Of a stretch of DNA of 61,316 nucleotides, positions 54,103 to 61,316 are shown in pieces. Position 1 is the first letter of the stretch; each line of letters begins with the position of its first letter. The position numbers and the translations under genes were made by a program. The stretch is from Candidatus Hodarchaeota archaeon (lineage in GTDB: Archaea; Asgardarchaeota; Heimdallarchaeia; Hodarchaeales; Hodarchaeaceae). Location of the stretch: the NCBI GenBank assembly GCA_016839785.1, contig JAEOTQ010000030.1:1-61316 (forward strand). The letters run 5' to 3'. The notes under the pieces were generated by a model. It was not told the DNA's origin. It was given only the letters and a program-made list of their open reading frames with translations, and searched no databases.

Positions 54103-54744
54103 ATGCATATATATTTGATACGCCATGGAGAAAGCACTGCTAACAGAGAGAAAGCTTTTCAGGGATGGAACAATGTTCATTTAAGCGAACAGGGGAAAAT
54201 TCAAGCTAAAAAGTTATCTTACTATTTTTTAGAAGAAAAAATTAAATTTTGGAATATTATTTCTAGTCCTCTCGCTCGGGCGATGGAAACTGCGGAACCA
54301 TTAGCGGTTTGTGCCACCAATCGCGACATAAATATAGTAGATGGATTTAAATCTATTAATGTCGGTGATTGGGGAGGATGGGTAATATCTAGGGTAAGGG
54401 AAGAATTTTCAGAAGAATACAACGTTTGGAGAACCCGTCCAGAAGATTTCCAATTTCCGAAAGGAGAATCCCTTACGGATGTTCAGAGTCGTTCTCGTAC
54501 CTCTCTTCTGCGAATATTAGATAACCTTGATGATTTTGATATGAATATCGTGATAGTTTCACACATGATGACTATCAAAGTTTTAGCGTTATCAATGCTC
54601 GGAAAAGATCTATCACATGTTTGGGATAAAGAATATACTGTACCAAATACTGGAATTATGGTATTTGATGTTGAGAGGGATGTTTCAAATGATAATTTTA
54701 TGTTTCAACATATTGTGATGGAAAATCCCATACCACATCTATGA
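54103..54744 (+). CDS. Histidine phosphatase (phosphoglycerate mutase-like) family protein
   Basis: LIRHGESTAN is the RHG motif. A later SHMMTIK contributes the His. Confidence 0.85.
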   Translation: MHIYLIRHGESTANREKAFQGWNNVHLSEQGKIQAKKLSYYFLEEKIKFWNIISSPLARAMETAEPLAVCATNRDINIVDGFKSINVGDWGGWVISRVREEFSEEYNVWRTRPEDFQFPKGESLTDVQSRSRTSLLRILDNLDDFDMNIVIVSHMMTIKVLALSMLGKDLSHVWDKEYTVPNTGIMVFDVERDVSNDNFMFQHIVMENPIPHL

Positions 54745-54751
54745 TTTGTAT

Positions 54752-55294
54752 CTAGGATGGAAGAAACTTCTTCCCACAATGGGTACAGAAGATACTTCCT
54801 TTCTCTAACTGATTTCCACAAGATGAGCATTGCGTTCCGCTTTTTAGACCAGAAACTCTCTTTTTATTTACTTCCTTAGTAACATCTTCGGGAGGATAAT
54901 ATCTTTCCTTGACTTTACCTATTGGTCTTTCTTCAATTAACGTACTCATAGTTCCAGCAATCAGAAAAAATCCATAAGCAATCACAATAATGTATCCAAA
55001 CGATAAAACAGGCCAAAAAATTCCAATTAAAACAGTAAAAGCCCCAATACCACCAATTAGTGTTATAACTGCCTCTTTCTGAGATTTACTCAGAGTAAGT
55101 CGACCAGGTTCACTCGATGTTTCGACAAATAAACCATTAAGGACCCCAGCTACTAGAAAGAAAGGGAAAGCTATCACAATAGACAATCCAAAATCTATAT
55201 GCCCAGAAAAAATCGATAATAATATAGGAACAACTCCAATTCCACCTATAAATGTGGTAAGAGCATCTTTGTAATTCTTCTTCAATCTTGACAC
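54752..55294 (-). CDS. Membrane protein (internally duplicated 2-TM module) with C-terminal zinc ribbon
   Basis: TFIGGIGVVPILLSIF... is duplicated as TLIGGIGAFTVLIGIF... The C-terminus reads CSSCGNQLEKGSIFCTHCG. Confidence 0.65.
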   Translation of the reverse strand: MSRLKKNYKDALTTFIGGIGVVPILLSIFSGHIDFGLSIVIAFPFFLVAGVLNGLFVETSSEPGRLTLSKSQKEAVITLIGGIGAFTVLIGIFWPVLSFGYIIVIAYGFFLIAGTMSTLIEERPIGKVKERYYPPEDVTKEVNKKRVSGLKSGTQCSSCGNQLEKGSIFCTHCGKKFLPS

Positions 55295-55434
55295 CTATTC
55301 ATAATGGACTAGAATATCTTAGATTTGTCGACTTATGTTTATATGAATATGAATAGGGGTATACATTCTCCCCAGACTAGTCTCTAGAAAGAGTGTAAGA
55401 ATAAGTAACTACTAATTATATCCTTCTAGTGTAT

Positions 55435-56091
55435 CTACTCTGGTTTTTTCTCTTTTATCTTCGTTTGTGGAGTTTTAGTTTTGATTATAGTTGGGGGAAT
55501 TGATTTTGATTGCTTTGGTAATTTTTTAATATTAGATTTGGGTGGGGTCTTGTTAGTAATGGTTTTTTTAGGAATTGTTTTTGATGTGAGTGTAATTGGA
55601 GTTGAACTCGATTTCCTCTTTGGACTTTTATCTTGAATGGCTTGTGGTGGTTTTGCGTTAATTATTCGATCTGGCTTCTTTTTCGATATACCTCTTCTTG
55701 TTGGAGGCGTACTTTTCCGATCTTCTACCTCAGGTAATCGTCTTGGAATTTTTCGATTTACTGGATCCTTTTTACGCTGTGATTTAGGTAAACTTCCTTT
55801 GGTGGATGGAATTGTTGATTTTTTCTTATTCTTGGACTGAGTTACAGGAGGAAGATAGTTTTTATTGGTTTTTTGTTCTTCTTCCCTCTTTTTTATTCCA
55901 TGATTGGTAGGATAAGTAACGGATTCTTTTTTTAAGATGAATTTTTCAATATTTCGTGAGGGAGGTAGTTTAAATTGCTTTTCCGAGTCATCAGGAGTTT
56001 TCCCTGTGATGGAGGGAATTATTTTTTGTGCTGGAATCTTCTCCCTAATGGTGTCCTTCGGTTTTTTTGATCGAATGTTTAATCGAACCAC
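55435..56091 (-). CDS. Lys/Pro/Thr/Ser-rich, strongly basic low-complexity protein
   Basis: 218 aa dominated by K, P, T and S (for example KKKPDRIINAKPPQAIQDKSPKRKSS). No hydrophobic core is evident. Confidence 0.55.
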   Translation of the reverse strand: MVRLNIRSKKPKDTIREKIPAQKIIPSITGKTPDDSEKQFKLPPSRNIEKFILKKESVTYPTNHGIKKREEEQKTNKNYLPPVTQSKNKKKSTIPSTKGSLPKSQRKKDPVNRKIPRRLPEVEDRKSTPPTRRGISKKKPDRIINAKPPQAIQDKSPKRKSSSTPITLTSKTIPKKTITNKTPPKSNIKKLPKQSKSIPPTIIKTKTPQTKIKEKKPE

Positions 56092-56184
56092 TTTTTACTA
56101 ACAATCCTATAAAATATCTAAATCAGAGCGCTTTGCTTAAATGTACTATAATCATTTTTTAACAATTTGGAAATTAATCTAAGA

Positions 56185-56769
56185 TTATTTTCCCAGAATA
56201 AATCCAATTCCAGAGAATATAAAGAATAGTCCATATAATATTCCAAGGAGATCAGATGCAAATGCTCCAGCAATTAGGAAGAGGAGACCAAAGATAAAAA
56301 AAGTAAATATTGCAGTCCATTCGGCAGAAGGCCCCCTCTCAGACTGTGATGTAATCCGAATGAACTGATAGCGAGTGAAACTTCGGATTAACAAAGCTGA
56401 TGAAACTACTAGATAAGGAAATGCGAGAAGTGAGGGTACTGTAATATATAGGTCAAGAAATTCATTTGCAGGTAACACATTCACCTCGAAAGCTAATAAT
56501 ACCTCTTCAAATATAGGGAAAAGAGGACTAACAACAATAATTATCAGTGGAATAATATTTGCAAGAGATAAGAAGTAAATTTCGTTTAAAGTGGCGTGGT
56601 GATCGACGTAGTAAAAGATCCTTAGGAAGTACAATATAGTAATCGCGGTATAAATAGATAAGAAAAGAATATTTAAGGCTAAAGCGTCTTCATTCTGAAT
56701 AAAAAAGAAAATAGTAGCTGATACGCCAATAAGCATAATAAACCAAGCGATGGAATGTCGTATAGCCAT
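56185..56769 (-). CDS. Polytopic membrane protein, last gene of the ubiquitin-like operon
   Basis: 194 aa with about 6 TM helices. Its start lies 18 nt after the RING-gene stop. Confidence 0.6.
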   Translation of the reverse strand: MAIRHSIAWFIMLIGVSATIFFFIQNEDALALNILFLSIYTAITILYFLRIFYYVDHHATLNEIYFLSLANIIPLIIIVVSPLFPIFEEVLLAFEVNVLPANEFLDLYITVPSLLAFPYLVVSSALLIRSFTRYQFIRITSQSERGPSAEWTAIFTFFIFGLLFLIAGAFASDLLGILYGLFFIFSGIGFILGK

Positions 56770-56787
56770 AAGTATTCTGAAATCTCC

Positions 56788-57900
56788 TTAATTTTTGTAT
56801 TTCTTTTGGAACATTTGTATAATTTTCTGATAACTAGGACCTGATATGCGAATCATCTTGACATTGTTCACGGGTTTATTACAACGACTACAAATATTGG
56901 CTACTTGAAGCCACTTTTGAAATTCATTCGCATGACTAGGATGTTTGCAATGAGGACAAATTACTACTTGTTTGTCTGATTCTGTAGGAAATTCATAGCA
57001 GTAAATACACCGAAAATCATCTTTAGAAATGTTCTGGCCTGCTGGGGTCAAGCTGGCTATGAGAGCAGGTGTTAATTTCCTTTTAGTTCTCCTGGGCATT
57101 TGTATGGGAGGAGATACTTGAACCGTTGATCTTTGGGGAGTCCTCCTCGCACTAATTTGATCCCTGGTAACACGTGTTGGCTGGGAAATTGTACTACTAT
57201 TTGCCCTGGAAGCTTGTGAAGGGCTTATCCGAGTCCTACGACGTTGAACTCCTCTTATGGAAGGTCTAGAGCTACGTCTAAAAGGAATAATCATAAATTT
57301 CATCATATAATTCTGAATGAATGTCAAAATGGTAAATAACAAGAAAAATAAGGATGAAAGTTCTATTGTTCTTTGATCAAACCAGAAAATAGTCAAAATT
57401 ACTAGAAAACCAGTATTAAATACAATTAATGATTCAGAAGGGAAGCGACGTCGAAATATAAAGATATTCGGATAGCTTCCAGAATAATATCTCCTAACTA
57501 GGATCCCAAGAATAATGAAGAAGGGTAAACATATAATTAGACTAAATAAGTTGAGATACAGATAAAATGAATCTAGCTGTATTAATTCCAAACTGAGATC
57601 TAATTCAAGAAACATAGTCTGTATAACATTCTGCGAGTCACCTAAAGTAGCAGTAAATGCCAATAGACTCCCCCCAAGTGCAATCAATGAGGGAATGGTA
57701 ATAAAAATAGCTGAAGCTAGTGGTGCATTATATGAACGATAATAACGCCATTCATCTATTAGCTTGATAAGTAAGACACTTACGATAGTAAGATAAATGA
57801 GTGTTAACGAGGCGGTACTCTGCGGGTTTACGATTTGGCTTAAAAAAGCAAAGACCAATCCAGTGATAAAGACAGAGATATAGACATTTCTTCCGACCAA
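56788..57900 (-). CDS. Polytopic membrane protein with C-terminal RING-H2-like zinc finger (E3-like)
   Basis: It has about 7 TM helices and a basic linker. The finger reads CIYCYEFPTESDKQVVICPHCKHPSHANEFQKWLQVANICSRC (C-x2-C-x13-C-x-H-x2-H-x2-H-x13-C-x2-C). Confidence 0.75.
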   Translation of the reverse strand: MVGRNVYISVFITGLVFAFLSQIVNPQSTASLTLIYLTIVSVLLIKLIDEWRYYRSYNAPLASAIFITIPSLIALGGSLLAFTATLGDSQNVIQTMFLELDLSLELIQLDSFYLYLNLFSLIICLPFFIILGILVRRYYSGSYPNIFIFRRRFPSESLIVFNTGFLVILTIFWFDQRTIELSSLFFLLFTILTFIQNYMMKFMIIPFRRSSRPSIRGVQRRRTRISPSQASRANSSTISQPTRVTRDQISARRTPQRSTVQVSPPIQMPRRTKRKLTPALIASLTPAGQNISKDDFRCIYCYEFPTESDKQVVICPHCKHPSHANEFQKWLQVANICSRCNKPVNNVKMIRISGPSYQKIIQMFQKKYKN

Positions 57901-57923
57901 ATAGAATTCACGACCTCATCTTC

Positions 57924-58736
57924 TCAATCATAATCATATTCTAAGAACATCGTTTTTCCTTCTGCTAAGGGCAGAAGTGTACTGATTAATTCTGGAAGAC
58001 TTTCTAAAGGACAGTTTAAAACTTCATAACGGGGTTCTTCCCATTTCTTCAAATCTTTTTTCAACCTGAAGATTTTAAAACCATAGTATCTTCGGGATAT
58101 TTTAGTTGGATCAATGACCAGTGCTATTGGTGCTGATAGTTGAGAACCTTTAGTGCCAAGTCGTTGATACCGAACTTGCGTTTTATAATCAGTTTTACTC
58201 ATGAATGCTCCATAAGAAGGATGCGAATGATACCATCCAAGTATCATTTCTTTTTTCTTTCTACTCTCGTTATAAACTCGTACCATGCTTTGAGGATCCT
58301 CAATTTGGGCGTTGACATTTGTCCCATGCCCAACTGGGAATGCATCTGTAATAACTAGACATGCAAGTGGTGTGTCTTTATTTTCAATATGACCAGTTAA
58401 GAGGCCTATGACTTCAACCCACTCTGACTTGGAAATGGTAGAGTTTGCATATTTTAATGCATGAAGACTTAGTCTGATATAGGCTTTTAACTGCAGTTTT
58501 ACTCTTAATGGATCAATTTCAGGATCCAAATCATCTAAGTCTTCTATTTCCTCTTTTCTTTTTGAAATTCCTTTTTTTAAGGTGAGAGTCTCTTCTGTAT
58601 GAGGTTCCTCTTCAGCTTCAGACGGCGTCGGAAATTTCAATGTAAGAGTTGAATTTTCGGGATTATAATTCATAGCTGTATCCCTTAGAAGAAGTTCGAA
58701 TAAATTTCGTGATTGCGAATCCTTTTTCTCTGGCAT
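57924..58736 (-). CDS. JAB1/MPN/Mov34 (JAMM) metalloprotease, Rpn11/CSN5-like
   Basis: An upstream Glu (WVEVIGLLTGH) is present. The JAMM motif HSHPSYGAFMSKTD (HxHx7Sx2D) is intact. Confidence 0.9.
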   Translation of the reverse strand: MPEKKDSQSRNLFELLLRDTAMNYNPENSTLTLKFPTPSEAEEEPHTEETLTLKKGISKRKEEIEDLDDLDPEIDPLRVKLQLKAYIRLSLHALKYANSTISKSEWVEVIGLLTGHIENKDTPLACLVITDAFPVGHGTNVNAQIEDPQSMVRVYNESRKKKEMILGWYHSHPSYGAFMSKTDYKTQVRYQRLGTKGSQLSAPIALVIDPTKISRRYYGFKIFRLKKDLKKWEEPRYEVLNCPLESLPELISTLLPLAEGKTMFLEYDYD

Positions 58737-58781
58737 TAGCTATACCCCTTTGGTTGGCTCATTACGAGTCTCATTTAATCA

Positions 58782-59309
58782 TTACCACTTCTTTTTTGCA
58801 TATTTTTTCGTAATTTTTCGAGCCTTTTCTTTGAATTTACTCTTATCTTTCAAATATTCCATTGCTGCTTTTTTATTAAATACATCATGAGGGTTAGTAT
58901 AAGCCTCATCGATGTTAAACATCGCTAAAATCGAGTAAACTACCGTTGTAATATTCTTTGAAGGAGACCACCCTTGTGGTTTTCCTACTAAGTCGGGGTC
59001 GACAAGTCCAAGACAAATATTCCGTTTTCCCAAATATTCATCTGGCTTTGGCCAAAAGTTTGGGTGCCAAATAGGTGTATGCAATCGAACAAAAGGAGGA
59101 GAGTAAGGATAGTTTGGACCAAACTTGATCTCAAGCATAAATTTTCCCTCTTGATATGGGGTGCCTTTTGGACCTTCAAGAAGCACAGCTAAGTGTTCTA
59201 CGCTTTTTTTCTCTCCAGGGAAAGCTTTCAGCTGTTTAATTGTTTTCTGCTTATATAAAGTTTTTAATTGATTATAATCTTCTGCAATACGTTTAATGCG
59301 AATTGACAT
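58782..59309 (-). CDS. E2 ubiquitin-conjugating enzyme (UBC fold)
   Basis: It has the HPN triad (TPIWHPNFW) and a catalytic Cys context (RNICLGLV). 175 aa. Confidence 0.85.
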   Translation of the reverse strand: MSIRIKRIAEDYNQLKTLYKQKTIKQLKAFPGEKKSVEHLAVLLEGPKGTPYQEGKFMLEIKFGPNYPYSPPFVRLHTPIWHPNFWPKPDEYLGKRNICLGLVDPDLVGKPQGWSPSKNITTVVYSILAMFNIDEAYTNPHDVFNKKAAMEYLKDKSKFKEKARKITKKYAKKKW

Positions 59310-59315
59310 GATAAA

Positions 59316-60554
59316 TTAACCTTCCAGTTTTAATGTAAGATATATTTGGGATCCATCGTCAAAACCTGTCACAAGAACTGTCTCACAATCCTTTATTCCA
59401 GCTTCAGAAATAGTCTGGTCCAAAAATATTTCTCCAAGTTCCGAAGAATCTATTCTAAAGATCATAGGTGGAAATTCAGTATCTATTGGATATTTTTTAT
59501 CTTGAGAAAATCTTTCTATTAATTGTGACAAACGAAATTTTCGTTTTACTTTAATACGAAATAATGGAGTTCTATCTTTTCCACACATCTCGCATTTAGG
59601 ATTTCGAGGCTTCTCTATTTCATAGAATTTTCCAGTTAATCCATTATAAATCAGATAATTTAATTGAATATTTCCTAATCTATTTTTATGCATGGGAGTA
59701 TGGAGATGATGTAATATCTTGACGGCTTCTTGTGATTGTAGGGAGGCCATCACACAGTTAATCGTTATAACCGTGGGTTCGTGATTATCAATTATCTGTA
59801 TAACTTGATTAACAGAAAACGATTTTTCTTGTGGGAAGTGTTCCTTCAGAAGTTTATTTGCGTAAGAGACTACATCCTGAACTTCATTCGAATGTAATAT
59901 GTTCGCTGGTCTTCCATGTTTTTGCTCGAAGCGTAGTTGTCCTTTTAAAATGCAATGAGCCGGTCTACGAGGTTTACCAACTAGTGTACAGGCACCAAGT
60001 TGATCTTGTGCGCGTTCGGTTAATGGATCACATTCCAAGCATGCATTAGTGAATGGAGAAACTACGTATGCATGTCCGTTGTAAACTGCAGTCCCTGCAT
60101 CTATAAGAAATTTTTTGTTATGTACTGCTCGTCTATTTAACTCTGATCTAGCTTCGATAGAATCCAAGCCAGCGATATACATATCTACATCGTTGTAAAT
60201 CCGAGGGGGGACATCTTGTAATGGGCAATCAAAGGCATCAATTCTAATAAACGGGTTCATTTCCCTTAATTTTTTTGCCGCAATTTTCGCTTTGGAAGCC
60301 CCTTCGGGAGCCCCGATAAACAATATTTGGCGATTTAAATTAGAATATTCAATCGTATCAAGATCCACAAGTATTAGATGCCCAACTCCGACCATAGCTA
60401 GGTTTTTGGCAATTTCAACACCTAGACCTCCGATACCTGCAATGAGGACAGAGCTCTGTTTCAATATTTCCTGATTCCATCCAGGAAGTCGAAATTGACG
60501 ATCAAAACGCCTTTTTTCTTCCTTTGTAAGCGTTTTACTTGTGAAATTTGTCAT
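59316..60554 (-). CDS. E1-like activating enzyme (ThiF/MoeB/UBA fold) with C-terminal beta-grasp (UFD-like) extension
   Basis: It carries GIGGLGVEIAKNLAMVGVGHLILVDLDTIEYSNLNRQ. CxxC pairs CLEC and CEMC are present. An SD-like GAGGAG lies upstream. Confidence 0.9.
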   Translation of the reverse strand: MTNFTSKTLTKEEKRRFDRQFRLPGWNQEILKQSSVLIAGIGGLGVEIAKNLAMVGVGHLILVDLDTIEYSNLNRQILFIGAPEGASKAKIAAKKLREMNPFIRIDAFDCPLQDVPPRIYNDVDMYIAGLDSIEARSELNRRAVHNKKFLIDAGTAVYNGHAYVVSPFTNACLECDPLTERAQDQLGACTLVGKPRRPAHCILKGQLRFEQKHGRPANILHSNEVQDVVSYANKLLKEHFPQEKSFSVNQVIQIIDNHEPTVITINCVMASLQSQEAVKILHHLHTPMHKNRLGNIQLNYLIYNGLTGKFYEIEKPRNPKCEMCGKDRTPLFRIKVKRKFRLSQLIERFSQDKKYPIDTEFPPMIFRIDSSELGEIFLDQTISEAGIKDCETVLVTGFDDGSQIYLTLKLEG

Positions 60555-60579
60555 ACTAATTACTCCTCTGGTAATGGGA

Positions 60580-61077
60580 TTACCCTGCAGTACTCACCGG
60601 AATGATAAGAACTTCTAGTCCGTCTTCGAGATCATAGTTTGATAATACATCATCCGAGTCCAACGTTCGTCCACTAATCGAAAGGTGAAAATCCTGCGGA
60701 TCCAATGCAAAGATTTCCCCAATTGTTTGTGCTAATTCCCGAACAGACATCTCAGGATCAACCGTTAGTTTTTCTTGTTTTTCGCCAGGACCAATTGTTG
60801 AGCGGAAAAACAAAGTTAGTCGTTCTCCACTTGGTACCTTGGAACGTGGAACTTTAGATTGTATTGATGGATCATCCTGTTCCTCCTCCCCTTCTTCTTC
60901 AAATTCAATAAACTCTTCATTTTCCGACATAATTACATCTTCCCTAGTATTCTCTGCAATAAATACTGGAGAAAATTCATCCTTCGATAAGAAAGGTGTT
61001 CCAGTTTTTAAAACATGTAAAGAGAATACAATCAGTTTCATAGTAATCAATCCATAAATATCTATCTGAATTTTCAA
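60580..61077 (-). CDS. Ubiquitin-like beta-grasp protein with acidic N-terminal extension, ending ...IIPVSTAG-stop
   Basis: The C-terminal ~80 aa read RLTLFFRS...LTVDPEMSVRELAQTIGEIFALDPQDFHLSISGRTLDSDDVLSNYDLEDGLEVLIIPVSTAG. The real start may be the ATG at 60930 (MSENEEF...). Confidence 0.75.
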   Translation of the reverse strand: MKIQIDIYGLITMKLIVFSLHVLKTGTPFLSKDEFSPVFIAENTREDVIMSENEEFIEFEEEGEEEQDDPSIQSKVPRSKVPSGERLTLFFRSTIGPGEKQEKLTVDPEMSVRELAQTIGEIFALDPQDFHLSISGRTLDSDDVLSNYDLEDGLEVLIIPVSTAG

Positions 61078-61179
61078 TTAAATGCTGGTTTATTAGAACT
61101 GGAGAGTTTATGTCTAGTATTATTTGTAAGTGCTATTTTGTTTTAGGAAAAATTGAGAAAATGGGAATTAATCCTCTGA

Positions 61180-61316
61180 TTAATTCCAGCCTGCGGTTGA
61201 ATGAGGAATTAAGAGGATTTCATCACCATTTTCGATTCCATAATCTCCAATTGGAGCACTTTCATCAAGAGTACGGCCTGCATGAGATAAGTGGAAATCA
61301 TCTGGATCTAATCCAA
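61180..61316 (-). CDS. Second ubiquitin-like gene (3' part only; 5' end outside window), ending ...LIPHSTAGWN-stop
   Basis: My own translation is ...GLDPDDFHLSHAGRTLDESAPIGDYGIENGDEILLIPHSTAGWN-stop. It is clearly paralogous to 60580-61077. Confidence 0.7.
   Translation of the reverse strand, partial: GLDPDDFHLSHAGRTLDESAPIGDYGIENGDEILLIPHSTAGWN

Noticed and set aside
60931-61077. The N-terminal 49 codons of the Ubl-1 track ORF (MKIQIDIYGLITMKLIVFSLHVLK...)
   Set aside because: This stretch is hydrophobic and unlike the acidic extension or the beta-grasp domain that follow. It is probably untranslated leader, with the real start at ATG 60930. I kept it inside the feature coordinates only because I cannot prove this.

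Overview
This is an AT-rich archaeal chromosomal window with about 57 credible protein genes. I saw no rRNA, tRNA or CRISPR array by eye. Core archaeal content includes an HMf-type histone, an ECF-type CbiMNQO Ni/Co importer with NikR, VapBC, ClC, PanE and F420-type reductase genes. It sits beside eukaryote-signature content: a ubiquitin-like/E1/E2/JAMM/RING operon, longin/roadblock-like domains, an LRR protein, and a giant thrombospondin-type-3-repeat protein. That mix suggests an Asgard (Loki-like) archaeon, but this is inference only. Four things stand out. (1) At 16619-20211 a radical-SAM/SPASM enzyme with a PqqD-like N-terminus is translationally coupled to a 500-aa membrane protein that ends in GGGGCACACAGCACACAGGGR. 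A SAM methyltransferase follows. This looks like a RiPP-style maturation system acting on the tail of a large protein. (2) At 56185-61316 there is a compact eukaryote-like ubiquitylation operon. It has two tandem ubiquitin-like genes ending in STAG, an E1, an E2, a JAMM protease and a RING finger fused to a polytopic membrane domain. (3) A previously unnamed ~55-bp intergenic repeat occurs at 9 or more loci, all in one orientation, and only in the first 21.6 kb. It brackets single genes and operons like cassettes, and it coincides with a truncated tnpB and a duplicated gene end. (4) At 7712-11063 a CPBP protease, an ICMT-like methyltransferase, an Ntn hydrolase and a second CPBP form one operon. 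Three genes also show 5' or 3' frame anomalies. Two are at poly-A runs, one of which is a canonical A_AAA_AAU slippery heptamer, and the third is an in-frame TGA. Two small zinc-ribbon ORFs fall below the ORF-track cutoff. All family assignments come from motif reading and no searches were run.
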